Assembly: GCF_006345805.1 (NCBI RefSeq)
Contig: NC_043002.1
Span: 85,002,001 to 85,066,000, forward strand
DNA from: Octopus sinensis
Taxonomy: Eukaryota
Direction of reading: 5' to 3'
Length of the DNA: 64,000 nt
Shown here piece by piece: positions 40,244-53,820 of this stretch. Both the position numbers and the translations under genes were made by a program. Under the pieces are notes generated by a model. It was not told the origin of the DNA, ran no database searches, and was given only the letters and a program-made list of their open reading frames with translations. Positions within the stretch are counted from its first letter, which is position 1. Every line of letters starts with the position of its first letter.

Positions 40244-40559
40244 TGTGTGTGAACATTGCATGATATTATGATTGAAAAGAATGATATGACGGAGAGGTGG
40301 AATATCCATGATCGGTCACTGCTTGGAAAGCCATAAGTAAAGTGGGTGCTCACACACCTGACATAGAGAGCCAGTATATTTTAATTAATTAAAATTAGAC
40401 TCTTCATCATAAGAATAGTCCTTAACCAAATCACTAGTACAGAAAAAAACCCGGAAATTTTAGTTAGTTAAAGTTAATTAAATATGGAATCTAGTGGATA
40501 GTGAGTTCGATCTTTGGCAGTACGGTGATAATTCCGAACATATTATTTTGGCTTTATAC

Positions 40560-40630
40560 GTGAAGCATACTTCATATGTGAAGCATACCTTATATGTGAA
40601 GCATACTTCATATGTGAAGCATACTTCATA
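40560..40630. repeat. 18-bp minisatellite, 4 copies (GTGAAGCATACTTCATAT)
   Basis: Direct reading. Copy 2 carries two substitutions. Confidence 0.95.
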
Positions 40631-41142
40631 ATGCTGGCCACTATTTATTCACAGAATTCCTTTGTATTTCTCTAGTCAACTAACACATGCTTCACTGAAG
40701 GGATCCATAAAGTTCAGATTCATTCCCCACTGTATTCCCTATCTTTATAAATCTTAATTAATTAAAGGGCTTCGGAAATGTTTTTTCGCACTGATTTTTT
40801 GACCGGAATTATTCATTTAGACAATAGTTATTCTACTCAATAAGAATAAAATTTTAATTGATAGTTAATTAATTATCATTTCATGGTTTACTACATTAAG
40901 TATGCTAGTACATACTTTAGTATTATGATTGAAGGGTTTTACATTTCAGGTCTATTTGAAGGAGTTTCTTTAACACCAAGCTAAAGTGAATGCAGTTGTT
41001 GGGCGAAATAAGCAAATTCACAATACTAGCATCTCGAGAAATATGCAAATATACAATTAAATATTTAAGGAAAGAATTTCATGTGATAACTAAACAGGTT
41101 TATGCTTTTTGTGTGCGTGTGTATGCTTTTTTTGTCAGAATA

Positions 41143-41320
41143 GGCGCGGGTGTGGCTGTGTGGTAAGCAGCTTGCTTACCAAGCACATGGTTCCGGGTTC
41201 AGTCCCACTGCGTGGCACCTTGAGCAAGTGCCTTCTACTGTAGCCTCGGGCCTACCAAAGCCTTGTGAGTGGATTTGGTAGACGGAAACTGAAAGAAGCC
41301 CGTTGTATATATGTATATGC

Positions 41321-41355
<35 letters not shown>

Positions 41356-41965
41356 AGTGTGTGTGTGTGCGTGTTTGTGTCTGTTTGTTCCCCCAACATC
41401 GCTTGACAACCGATACTGGTGTGTTTACACCCCGTAACTTAGTGGTTCGGCAAAAGAGACCGATAGAATAAGTACTAGGCTTACAAAGAATAAGTCCAGG
41501 GGTCGATTTGCTCGACTAAAGGCGGTGCTCCAGCACGGCCGTAGTCAAATGACTGAAACTAGTAAAAGAGTAAAAGAGTAATAGCGCAGGTGTGGCTGTA
41601 TAGTAGGAATTTTGCTTCTTAACCACATGGTTCCAGGTTCAGACCCACTGTGTGGCATCTCGGGCAAGTGTCTTCTACTATAGCCTCTGGCCGACCAAAG
41701 CTTTGGGAGTGGATTTGGTAGGCGGAAACTGAAAGAAGCCTGTTGTATATATGTATGTGTGTATGTGTGAGTGTGTGTGTGTTTATGTGACTCTGTGTTT
41801 GTGCCCCGTCACCACTAAACAACTAGTGCTGGTGTTCCCGTAACTTAGTGGTTCGGCAAAAGAGACCGATTGAATAAGTACTGGGGTCGATACATTCGAC
41901 TAAAAGTTTTTACAAGGCGGTGCCCCGGCATGGCCGCAGTCTAATGACTGAAAAAAAAATAAAAG
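41143..41965 (+). mobile_element. Two head-to-tail SINE family 1 copies (41143-41580, 41583-41965)
   Basis: Both match 2586-3022. The second is more diverged. Confidence 0.85.
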
Positions 41966-42832
41966 TAGTTTGATGCTTGGATATCACTAAGACCATAGTA
42001 TTTCTGGTCGTGGGGAAGGATCGAAACTGTGAACTTTTCACTTGTGGAAAGTAACCCAGTTGCCAGTGCTTAACACCTGTGGTTGTAATTACTACTAAAT
42101 ATAAGTCACTTCTGAAGCTGTAGCATGTCTCGTTTCGTTATGAGAAGGTAATAGATAATTCTATAAAATTTACCATTTTCCTTTTAATTATAAAGTGATT
42201 TGATCAGCTGAGAAGATATGAGGCAATAAGAAGGGAAAAAAAAAGACAGAAAAGAAAAGAAAGCGAGAAAGAATGAAAGAACAGTTAGAGAGAAAACTGT
42301 GGTATGCTATATACACTGTCATTTATTGCATTTGATATTTGCATTCAGTAATCAAAACATATTCAGTATAAAACGAAAAAGAAGATGGGATATAAAAAGA
42401 TGTATATTCTTTAATAATATAAATGAAATCCTCCAAGGATTTTTTTAACCGTTACAAAAGAATCACTAGAATAGTTATCTTTTGTAAGTGGAACACACTT
42501 TCACACGAAGACCCCTTAGCAGTTAATTAAGAGAAAAGTGCTTTTCCTTGCTAGCCTTCAGTGATTCAGATAAGTTTGTTTACGCGTAACAAAGAGGAAG
42601 AAAAGGTACTTCAATAAAAAGACATATCTTTTTGAATGATACCGGATTTCAAGTCAAAATTATATGTAGTTTCCTAAATTTTCAATTGAGATCGCTTTAT
42701 GTGATCCATGATAACACTAAAAGAAGCTAGCGGTAGATTTACCACACAAAAGCTTCTGATTCGGTGTGAAGCAAAAGATGTGTTAACATGAACATACATA
42801 CATTTATATATATATATATATATATATACACA

Positions 42833-42941
<109 letters not shown>

Positions 42942-43018
42942 TATATACGTATGTATATATATATACATATATACATACATTATCATAAGAGATACATACA
43001 TTCATATATATATATACA

Positions 43019-43074
<56 letters not shown>

Positions 43075-43143
43075 TGTATATATTTATATACGTATGTATA
43101 TATATACATATATATACATATATACATATACATACATACATAC

Positions 43144-43178
<35 letters not shown>

Positions 43179-43660
43179 CTAAGAAGCAAACAAAGGACAG
43201 AAAAAAATTAACAAAATGTCAAATGGAATGTATAGAACAAGAGTGAGTGAATCATAAATATGCAAATAGTAAAAGATCAAAACAACAACATAAGATGAAT
43301 TCTTTTCCGAAACTTGATTTTCGCATAAATTACGGAAATATTTAACATGTGTGTGTGTGGGGGGGGGGCTTGTATGCAGCTATGTAAGCATATATGATAT
43401 ATATATCATAACCTTAATCAAGTGATTAAGAAAACTGCTATTCACTAAAGTACTCAATGCAGTTTAATCTCTATAGATGTATTAGAAAATACACACCGCT
43501 GGATCTAGTGTAAGGGTGATATTAATGCATACATTCACTTGCATGCGCATGCACGTACCTATGTGGGTGTGGGTGTGGGTGTGGGTGTGGGTATAAATAT
43601 ACATGAGACCAATATATACGAATATATATGTATATGCATATATATATATACATATACATA

Positions 43661-43712
<52 letters not shown>

Positions 43713-43824
43713 GTATATGTATATATATATATGTATATATGTATGTGTATATAATTTCAACAATTGAGGGTAAAATTAATTAATTAATCAATTTCACCAA
43801 GTATTCAGTATGCAAAGGGATGTG

Positions 43825-43888
<64 letters not shown>

Positions 43889-44150
43889 TGTATATGTATA
43901 TATTAAGTGATTGATACGGGAGACGGATTGTAACTAGAAGCTTTATTTAGCACAACCATCGTTTCGGCTGCCTTCTGCACAGCTCCATAATGGGTGGGGA
44001 ACGATGTAAGGACATCAAATGCATTGCACAGTGATACATATAGATATAGATATATACACATAATATATGCACATATACATATATTATCCTCTCTTTTGTG
44101 AATTATTAATGTTGTTGAGAATGTATGCATGTTTGTAAACATACTTGTGA

Positions 44151-44193
<43 letters not shown>

Positions 44194-44256
44194 GTGTGTG
44201 TATGTGTGTGTGTGCTGCGTATATGCTGTATGTATATCTTCCCGTCAATGATGCAG

Positions 44257-44393
44257 CTCGGAGTAAATTATGAAACAGCTGTAACCATACGAAGATACTA
44301 AATCTTTTTCTTCTCACATTTGATTTTTTGTTTCTATTTATACACACACACATACTCATTTATATATATATATATTATATATATATATATATA

Positions 44394-44445
<52 letters not shown>

Positions 44446-44524
44446 AACAAAAAATCAAATGTGAGAAGCAAAATAAGATTTAGTATCTTCGTATGGTTAC
44501 AGCTGTTTCATAATTTACTCCGAG
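44257..44524. repeat. Foldback: ~78-bp near-perfect inverted repeat around a (TA)n-rich spacer
   Basis: 44257-44333 is the reverse complement of 44445-44524 apart from a few nt near the AAAATAA bulge. Confidence 0.9.
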
Positions 44525-44752
44525 TTACATTCTTAATTTCCTATTAACGAAGGCATATGTAGGAACAACAAGCGGGTGTATTAGTTTAACGCTCCGGAAA
44601 AATGGAAAAGTATTTTACGATTCGAGCCTACGCTCTTCGACAGAAAGGATTGAGAATGCAAAAAAACTAAGAGAGAAAAAAAGTACGAGTATGTATGTGC
44701 GCGTGCGTATATAATGTGTGTGAATGTGTGTGTGTGTGTGTGTGTGTGTGTG

Positions 44753-44790
<38 letters not shown>

Positions 44791-44863
44791 ATGTGGGTGC
44801 GTTTGTATCTATATATATATTAAACTGTGTTAAAGAATTTTATTTGCCTACTTATAATTTGGT

Positions 44864-44896
<33 letters not shown>

Positions 44897-45511
44897 AGAT
44901 ATGTAAATATTTAATCATGCAATACAATTTAATTCTTAAATTGGGCGACAGATAACCAATATTTAGAACTCCGTATTTATTTCAGTTTGTGTTATTGTAT
45001 GTGTGACCTTCGTTGTGAATCCTTTTTTTTTTAAAGTGTTATATAGCGTATATAGGAAGTAACACAAAACAAGAGCTGTCATTCATATGATATTTATTCA
45101 CACTAGCTTGCGTACGTTTCATTAACTTAAAGTCATTATTAGTTATATGATTTAAATAACATAATCAAGACGTATTGTTAAATTGTGAGAAACGTGTAAC
45201 TTTTAAACGTCACATTACTGTATCGTGGGAATAGGAATCGACCGTACTTAATTAACTTGCGGAAGCTATTTATATTTGGTATCTGATGGCGGAAATTTGC
45301 AAACAACAGAAGAGGGGATTTGTAAAATGTTAAAATAAATATGCCATATATTTTTTTGAGTCATTTCATCAGTTGTTCATTGAGACTCCTTAAGTTTAGT
45401 GGTAAAAGGTACACTCAACGGTAAAACTTTTTTTTCAATTATATCGAATATACGTTTGTGTCAGATAACTCGGACGTACATTCATAGTGTATAAATATAT
45501 ACATACATACA

Positions 45512-45584
<73 letters not shown>

Positions 45585-45769
45585 TGTGTGTGTGTGTGTG
45601 GTGTGTGTGTGTGTGTGTGTGTGTATAGATATACTTACATACGAATGCATACAGCCATCCATGCAGATGTTTTCATATATACGCGTATGTTTTTAAGGTA
45701 TCAGTATAGTATAAGCTTTGATCTAGTGAGTAAAATCATACCACCCAGATATTCTTTTCTACTCTAGGC

Positions 45770-45965
45770 ATAAGGCTCGAAATTTTGGGAGAGGAAACCA
45801 GTTGATTAGATCGACTCCAGTACACAACTGGTATTTAATTTATCGATTCCGAAAGGATGAAAGGCGAAGTCGACCTCGGCGGAATTTGAACTCAGAATGT
45901 AAAGACAGACGAAATACCACTAAGCATTTCGCCCGGTGTGCTAACGTTTCTGCCAGCTTGCCGCA
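45770..45965 (-). mobile_element. SINE family 2 copy
   Basis: Reverse-complement head and core. Confidence 0.8.
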
Positions 45966-46643
45966 TTTTACTACCCAGATATTTACGTTCCGGTAAAATA
46001 TTCTCTATGTATATTCGTGTGGGGTGGGGTGTGTATGTGTATGGTATATGTATATATTAAAATTTATAATAGTTCTATCTATGCTATGGATATAAAGGGA
46101 TATAAAGTATACTTTAATCCTCATGTCTTTAATATGTTGCTCTGGTCGCTTAACAGAAATTCAGTGTTGCAAGTCAATGTTGGAACGCCTCCAACTTGAA
46201 TTAGCTTGAGATCGAAATGCATCTATTCTCGTTTATCACGGGTGTTTCTTTTCTAAAAAAAAAATTATAAACGAATAATCTCCAGGTATTGTGCAAATGG
46301 AATGAAGGGTAGATTCATTCACACCAAACTCGCGGCCCACAGTAACAAAGCTTCAATAGACACATATTTTCTTGATCTCCTCTACGTTTTCCTGCAGAAA
46401 ATACACGTACTCTGCATTCATATGATACAATCAGACGCCTTCGTATTTTTTCTCTTCGCTGGTCCCATATTGATGGGTACATGTGCGTAAATCCGTATAA
46501 AATAATATACGCAGCCTCACAGTACGGTCATGTAAACACAAGTGACAGTCAATACATTCTGGATAGGTTCACATGTGGGAGTACCATGTTAAATCAGATC
46601 AGTGATGAACGAAATTTCTGGCCTTGTGCCAAAATTTGAAACC

Positions 46644-46702
<59 letters not shown>

Positions 46703-46794
46703 CATTATTTATGGGTTTTTCTTCTTCTTTCAAATTTGCTTCCATTTCTTGCCGAGTGTCTTCCCGACTCCTAGGGCAAAGTCGGGAAGACTTA

Positions 46795-46835
<41 letters not shown>

Positions 46836-46847
46836 TATTATTATTAT

Positions 46848-47630
46848 TGAGTGAGAGAGCAGTGCATGCCAACAAAGTGACACTCGAGTAAAATATACGA
46901 AGCCCAGTATACCTGTTATGACTACCCGTCTGATAAGGGTACACTAGGCACATGCATCACAACCATATATGCACGACATGGTGATCTCATATCAAGATAA
47001 ACAGCACATGACCTTGCAGGTGGGGCCCAGTTAGAATTTTCTTCTGGTCGAGTAACCCATCCCGCTCAAAAGGTCTCTGAATAGGGGTTGTTTAAAGATG
47101 TTGAACGAAACACCCATGTTTCCAGAAGTGAATTATTCAAACCCCAAAGAATCCCTCTCAACACATGGCTATAATGCTCCCCACTACTTCCGCTCGTGAT
47201 CAGAGATGCACTTATCGTCAGCCACTAAGGGACATGCTCAACTGGTTAAGGTCAAACAACTGACAAGCAAATCTGAAGTATTGAACAAAATATTTGCTGT
47301 AGCCCATCTTTTATACCAAGGCAAAACAATGTACATGATAACACTTCCCATCAGATAAGATCAGAAGCCATGAGAGCCATTGCCTGGTACTGCTATCATC
47401 ATTATCATCATCATCAACACATGGCTATGACGCTCCCCCACTACTCCTGCTTGTGATCAGTCACTAAGGGACATGCTCAACTGGTTACGGTCAAGCAACT
47501 GACAAGCAAATCTGTGGTATTGAGCAGAATATTTGCTGTATCCCATCTTTTATACCAAGACAAAACAATGTACATGATAACACTTCCAATCAGTTAAGAT
47601 CAGAAGTCATGCGATTCACTATCTAGGAAC
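46848..47630 (-). mobile_element. 540-bp (AAT)n-flanked unit (46848-47393) plus a partial copy (47416-47630)
   Basis: Same termini as the other copies. The partial copy is flanked by (ATC)n. Confidence 0.85.
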
Positions 47631-47669
47631 ATCATCACCATCATCATCATCATCATCATCATCATTTTC

Positions 47670-47744
<75 letters not shown>

Positions 47745-48083
47745 TGCTGTTGCTGATGCTTTTGTTGTTTCGCCCAAGGTCAGTAAAGATCTAGTAGAAC
47801 TTTGAAAAAAAACGTACTGTCTTTTTGTATTACATGTCTAAAACTATATATTCCAATGTGTCCTTCCATTTTAAGAATGTACATAAGATATGTTTTGAGG
47901 CAGATTTTACGGCTACTTTTAGCTAGTTGTTCGACAACGTAGAATCTTTCTGGTCGAGCCGTTGTCGTCGTTACTTTTGTTCTTGTTCCTGTTCTTTCTG
48001 TAGATGGTCTTCGTGATGAGAGTAATAATAGGGATAGAAAATAGAGGTGTTGATTGCTGTACTGGTGGTGGAGAAAGTAAATT

Positions 48084-48720
48084 TCAATGGTTGTGGTGGT
48101 GGTGGTGGTGGTGGTAGTGGCAGCGACGGCGATGGTAATGACGATGTAGGGATGCTGCCGTAGCAGTAGTGACAGTGATGTTGTCGATGGGGGCGATATA
48201 CTGGTGATGGAGAGGGAGTAGTAGAGAAATTGCTGCAGGGGTGGTGATGGTGGTGGTTGTTGTAGTGGTGATGGTTGCAGTGGTCGAGGAAGTGGTGTAG
48301 TGATGGGCGTCGTTGTCAGATGATAAGGGCATTGCCACAGTGATGATGATGATGATGATGATGATGATCTTGTTGTTGATGAAGTGGTGATAGTGGTAGT
48401 AGCGATGATGATAGTGACAATGAAAATGATGATATGGATGAGTATGGTTGTGGTAGTGGTGGTAGTGGTTGCCGTCGTCGTCGTCGTAATAGTGGTAATG
48501 ATGATGATGAGGATGATGAAGAGGAGGAGGGGAGGAGGAGGGGGAGGAGGAGGGGGAGGAGGAGGGGGAGGAGGGGAGGAGGGGTAATGGCGGTAGTAGT
48601 AATGGTGGTGGTAATGGTGGTGGTGGTAGTGGTGGTGGTCGTTGTCGTCGTAATGGTGGTGGTGACGATGATGCTGATGGTGAGGAGGAGGAGGAGGAGG
48701 AGGAGAGAGAGGGTGAGGGG
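48084..48720. repeat. Mixed trinucleotide low-complexity tract (GGT/GAT/GGA/GTA)
   Basis: Direct reading. It accounts for most of the 332-aa pseudo-ORF. Confidence 0.9.
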
Positions 48721-48780
48721 AGACGGAAGTTGACGATGAATGATGGTGAAAGTAAAGAGGATAGATGTTGTACTACTTAC

Positions 48781-48932
48781 TTGAGATGGTAGTTCCGGTG
48801 ATGGTACTGCTGGTGGTTCTGCCATGGAGGTGTGTGATGATTCCTGGCAATGAATGGTGCGGGTGTTGATAAGGTTAGGCGTGGAATATGCGGTGTGGTG
48901 TATATTGCAGAGGTTAGCAGCGGTGGGTGGTA
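48781..48932 (-). CDS. Host-gene internal coding exon (152 nt, phase 1 to phase 0)
   Basis: Acceptor TTTTTCTGCAG/ at 48933 and donor CAA/GTAAGT at 48780. Open frame VPPTAANLCNIHHTAYSTPNLINTRTIHCQESSHTSMAEPPAVPSPELPSQ, phase-compatible with the 54795 exon. Confidence 0.7.
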
Positions 48933-49013
48933 CTGCAGAAAAACTGAAGTTTAGATAATACAGAGGGCATTGTTGTTGTTTTAAGAGAAAGCGAGAAAGA
49001 GAGAAATAAAGAT

Positions 49014-49050
<37 letters not shown>

Positions 49051-49784
49051 GTGATAGAAACAAAAAACAATACAAGAGGAAGGGGGAGGAAAGTGTGAGT
49101 GAAAGGAAGAGTGAGATAGTCGAGCAGGAATCAAAGTCAATTTGGAAATGTCAAAGGCTAACCAGAAGGACAACAAAATCTGTTTCATAAATTTAATAAT
49201 ATAACAAGAAAATAATAAATATAAGAAAAAATAATAATAACTGATAAAGAGAAAAATCAAAGACAAACCACAAATTGAAAAATAAAATCTAAAACCGAGC
49301 CCATTTTTTTTCATATGTGGGATGGGGTTAAGATGAGAATGTCCTCACACCTTCCCACCCCTTCATCCATTTTCTGAGAGGGGTTCACTTTTTATAAAAA
49401 AATTTTTATTATTTTTGTTGTGGAGATGTGATGAAAATGTGTGTAGGAGGATTTTGTGTCTTTTGTTTGCTTGTTGTTAACGTTGATTTTTTTTTTATAT
49501 TTTTAATTTTCTTTTTCTTTTTTCGGAAATCTGTTTTGGAAACAGGTCAAATGTGAGAAACTAAAAGATTAAAGGCGGGACGGATACAAATAGAGGAATA
49601 CAGAAATACACACACAAAAAGTTAAAAAATAGAGAAATATAAATTTAAATTAAATAAAAAAAAAAGTCAGAATTTGAAAGAAATTGGCTGGAAGGGAAAA
49701 AAATGCAATAAAAGATACGGGAGAGGAGGAGGAGGAAGAAGAAAGGAAGAAAGAGAACAACCACAGCACAAAGTAAATAAAAGC

Positions 49785-49786
<2 letters not shown>

Positions 49787-49841
<55 letters not shown>

Positions 49842-49979
49842 CCGCAGCAGTTGTTGTTGTTATAGTAGTAGTAGTTGTAGTTGTAGTTGTAGCAGTAGCA
49901 GCAGCAGTTGTTTTTGCTGCAGTAGTAGTTGTAGTAGCAGTGTTGTTGAAGTAATAGTTATAGTAGTAGTGTTAGTAGT

Positions 49980-50019
<40 letters not shown>

Positions 50020-50091
50020 CAGCAGCAGCAGCACAGCAGCAGTAGTAGAAATAGTAGTAGTAGTAATAGTAGTAGTAGTAATAGTAGTAGT

Positions 50092-50175
<84 letters not shown>

Positions 50176-50176
50176 T
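49787..50176. repeat. (GTA)n/(GCA)n trinucleotide tract
   Basis: Direct reading. Confidence 0.95.
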
Positions 50177-50202
50177 ATTGTTGCCGTTGTTTTAAGAAAG
50201 AG

Positions 50203-50233
<31 letters not shown>

Positions 50234-50532
50234 AAGTCGAAAGTGACGAGCTATTGAAAAGATTCTTCGCACTCTGCTACCAATGAACAAAACTCTGGGT
50301 TTGAAGAAATGGTATTCAACAGAGGAAGGGTGAAAAAAAAATGGTGAACCGATGCCAAAGCAAAAGTAGTGGTGATGTAAATATCAAATAGAAGAGAGCG
50401 CAGAGCGGCATATTGTAATGATGAGGTTTGGAATAATAGAAGAGGAAGATGAAGAATTGGTAAAGGTTAAAAAAGATTCATAGTGAAGTCACATATTTTG
50501 AGTATGAGTGTGTATCTGTGTGTGTCAATATA

Positions 50533-50596
<64 letters not shown>

Positions 50597-50638
50597 CTAT
50601 ATATATATATATATATATAATATATATATATATATGTA

Positions 50639-50690
<52 letters not shown>

Positions 50691-50714
50691 GTACATACAT
50701 ATATATGTACATAT

Positions 50715-51075
50715 ATCTTATGCATAAATGGCAATTTCTGTCTGTTACCATCTTGCTGCTTACACCAGTGAACCAATCTTGACGAAATTTTGCACACGTG
50801 TTAAACTAATATCCAGTTCAATCATAGGCAAATTAGATTTCAATAAAAATCTATAACGGGCCCCCTAGAGGGGGGTGGGCTATTATTTTGTAAAATGAGA
50901 AGGGTGCAAAGAGTGTTAGTGTGAGGGAAATGTGGTGGCATAGTGAGTGTGGTTGATATCAGGGAAGGGGAGAACAGTGTTGTGTAAGCGACAAATATGG
51001 AGTGGCATTGGGGTGGTAACGTTAATACAGGTGTCATTCACAGCTATATACGCGACGCTGCATACATACTTTCGT
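50715..51075 (+). mobile_element. Possible Helitron/Helentron-associated non-autonomous element
   Basis: Begins after (TA)n with GGCAATTTCTGTCTGTTACC...ACCAATCTTGACGAAATTTTGCACACG, a style typical of HINE-like elements. Termini not confirmed. Confidence 0.3.
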
Positions 51076-51484
51076 AAATACATACATGCATACAAACACA
51101 CACACATACACACACACACACACACACACATACACACGCACATAAAACACACTACACATACACACACGCACATACACATAAGTAACTTTTAAAACGCCGA
51201 GGAAGGGAAAGAAAGGTGGTTGCGAGGAATATGTAGCTTTAAGAAGAGAGGGGATAGGTGGCTTTTCTACTACCATCGCAAAGAAACACTCACACACAGA
51301 TACGTACACACACACACACACACACACACTCATACATGCATATATATATATATACAAACATGCGTACATACATACATATGTCTGCTATATACCATTTTAA
51401 ACTAGTGAGTACCTGTGTATACGTTTGTAAATGTGTGTGTCATGGCCTATAAATGCCTGTCTCTCTACTTTTGTAGGGCCTTAC

Positions 51485-51600
51485 CTGTTGCTGTCACATA
51501 TTGTAAAATTTTAAAATTACGTCAAAATTGTCAAATTTAGTATATTGAAATAGTTTTCCATGTTAAATCCGATTTTGTTATTTATTTATTCCAGAAAAAT
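51485..51600 (-). other. Candidate non-coding alternative exon (donor CAG/GTAAGG at 51485/51484)
   Basis: Strong donor on the host strand, 2.5 kb upstream of the 48932 acceptor. No usable ATG-initiated frame. The 5' boundary is arbitrary. Confidence 0.3.
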
Positions 51601-51970
51601 TGCAGAAAAATGCTACTGAGATTTAAAGTTTAATCAATTTTAGCTAATCAGAAAACAAGATTTGGAAGCTGATATTTTCTGCATGATAGCGGTCTATCAC
51701 AAAATGAAAGCAAAATCATTATGAGGAGGATTTTTTTATTAAACAAACGAAAGCAAAGTATTACGACGACCAAATAAGTAAGAACTTTTGAAGTTTTAAT
51801 AAGTTTTAATGAATAAAGTCATGTGAACCGGTCGAACAAACAGGATCAAGAGGCCTATCTATCGGAGAAGGCATGGTCTGACATGAAATAAACAAAAATT
51901 TATATGACATTCTATTGTGAAAATTGTCTGAAAACGGCAGGCTATTTAGCTAGAAATATATTATATATAT

Positions 51971-52014
<44 letters not shown>

Positions 52015-52959
52015 ATATATACTGAGGAAGTAAGCCATTACATCTGGCTCTAGTGAGAGGACGAATGGTTGCAGCGAGAACGAGCATTGAGGATGGTAGG
52101 AACATCTGGCCCAGAGTCACAACATCTGACTCAAAAAAACTCATTTTTTTGTGTGAGAGTTTTGTTGCCTACGTTGGTGGAAGGTCCCCACCAGGAAGCT
52201 TTGGCGTTGCAGCGGAAGTGGGCGAAAAATATCTATGAAGCTGCTTCACAATTTAAAAGACATTGACTCCTACATTCGGAAACGGAGTATAGTAGTACCT
52301 TCAGTACATAAGTATTTATCCTAAAAGGTATCGTGCTGAAATTCTTTCTACTTAACTTTAATTTATGAATTGGCAGCCCATATAGAACAATTAGATACGT
52401 TCCATAAATATAGCTTGCATAGCATCTTTGGGTATTTCTACAAAAATAAAATCTGTTGTCGATCGTTTCGAACTTTTGTATTTCAAATACTGAGGCTTTC
52501 TTTATCTGGTTTTGATCTATATGGATTGATTAGGTACTTGGGGTGTGGGTGGAAAGCCTACACATGGTTATTCTGAATAGCAAATTATACTACTCAAAAT
52601 CTGATTAGGTAGTCAAACGGTTGGAGCGTCATGCAACGAGAGCGACGGGAGAGTCCATCATAACCGTTTGCTTTTAAACTCAATATTTTTAGTAGACTAC
52701 ATATTTGTAATACTTTTACAAGAAGGGTGACACTAGCTTCCGTCGGACAGTCCTACGCAGGCTAGCATGCCGAAACTTCAAAGTTACTGTCATCACTATT
52801 CTTGTAAATATATAAATGATATGTGTGTCTCATTCAAGGTTTCATTCAAGGCACGACTCTATTATCTTTTTTATAACAGATTTTTCATATTTTCGTTTTA
52901 GTTTCTTGCAGTTAGGAACAATAAAGTTCCTAAATACATAAACAAAGTTTCCAGACGAT

Positions 52960-53820
52960 GCTGGCAGTAACTTTCAAATTCACCCACGGTTTGGTCCCCT
53001 GGCCATCCGTCCTTAACCAAAATTCCTAGTCGAGTCACATCACAACTGTAAGACAGAACTATTTCACTTCAAACGGCCTTGCTCTCTTTAACATCATACC
53101 GAGACACATAAGAAAATAAAAAGATCTCATATAACACTCAAATGAATTCTGGATATCTCCGACAAATTCCAGATAACTCACCAACACCCAGATATATATA
53201 TCTACAAACAATAATATTGGGTTGTCCGGAAAGTTCGTGCTGATTTATAGTAGCTAGCTTTCGACATATTTTACAACATGGTTGAGTCTATAAAATAGGA
53301 TTTGATTACACCTCTATTTAGAGCACAGTTAAAGCCATCTTTTCGTGGAAGAAGATTTATGTTCCGACAACCTGTGTTAATTCTGTGACCCTTAAAACGG
53401 AAGATAAGAAAGTTCATTTTCGGCACCTGATGCTTTGGGAACTAGACAAAAATTGCTGCAGCTCGGCTTGGATGTGTTACTCCACCCTCCATATTCACCA
53501 GATATTGCTCCTTCGGATTTCAACTTATTCAGGTCTCTGCAGAATAGTCTTAATGGTAAAAATTTCAATTCCTTGGATGACGTAAAAAGATACCTTGATG
53601 AATTCTTTGCCATGAAACCACCTCAATTCTGAGAAGAGGGTATTTTCAAGTTAAAGGAAAGATGGAGACGCATTATGCAACCAAATGGTTCATATTTGGT
53701 TGATTAAAAATGTAATGGCAAGTAATTATTGACCTTTTTCTTTCCTTTAAAAATCAGCACGAACTTTCCGGACAACCCAATACTTTACTTGAATGCGCTA
53801 TGGTGCCCAAAGAATGACTG
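52960..53820 (+). mobile_element. CR1/L2-type LINE 3' end, split by a mariner insertion
   Basis: HITTVRQNYFTSNGLALFNIIPRHIRK...YISTNN resumes after the mariner as TLLECAMVPKE*. Confidence 0.55.
53215..53782 (+). mobile_element. Internally deleted mariner with both TIRs and TA target duplication
   Basis: 30-bp perfect TIRs TTGGGTTGTCCGGAAAGTTCGTGCTGATTT (53217-53246, 53751-53780) with TA on both sides. MTLKTEDKKVHFRHLMLWE is joined to LLHPPYSPDIAPSDFNLFRSL...ERWRRIMQPNGSYLVD*. Confidence 0.95.

Noticed and set aside
40552-40630. Superficial loxP-like words (TATACG, GCATAC, GAAG/CTTC)
   Set aside because: No 13-bp inverted arms with an 8-bp spacer. It is a simple 18-bp tandem repeat and too short, without spacers, to be a CRISPR array.
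48316-49314. 332-aa ORF, the longest in the track
   Set aside because: Mostly translated trinucleotide and (CT)n repeats. Only 48781-48932 is bounded by splice sites and is reported separately.
52021-52266. Coding-like patch with KPLHLALVRG (ankyrin-like) and weak Tc1-like phrases
   Set aside because: It is preceded by a stop and (TA)n, has no splice acceptor, and the motifs are too degenerate to assign. Probably an unclassified repeat remnant.
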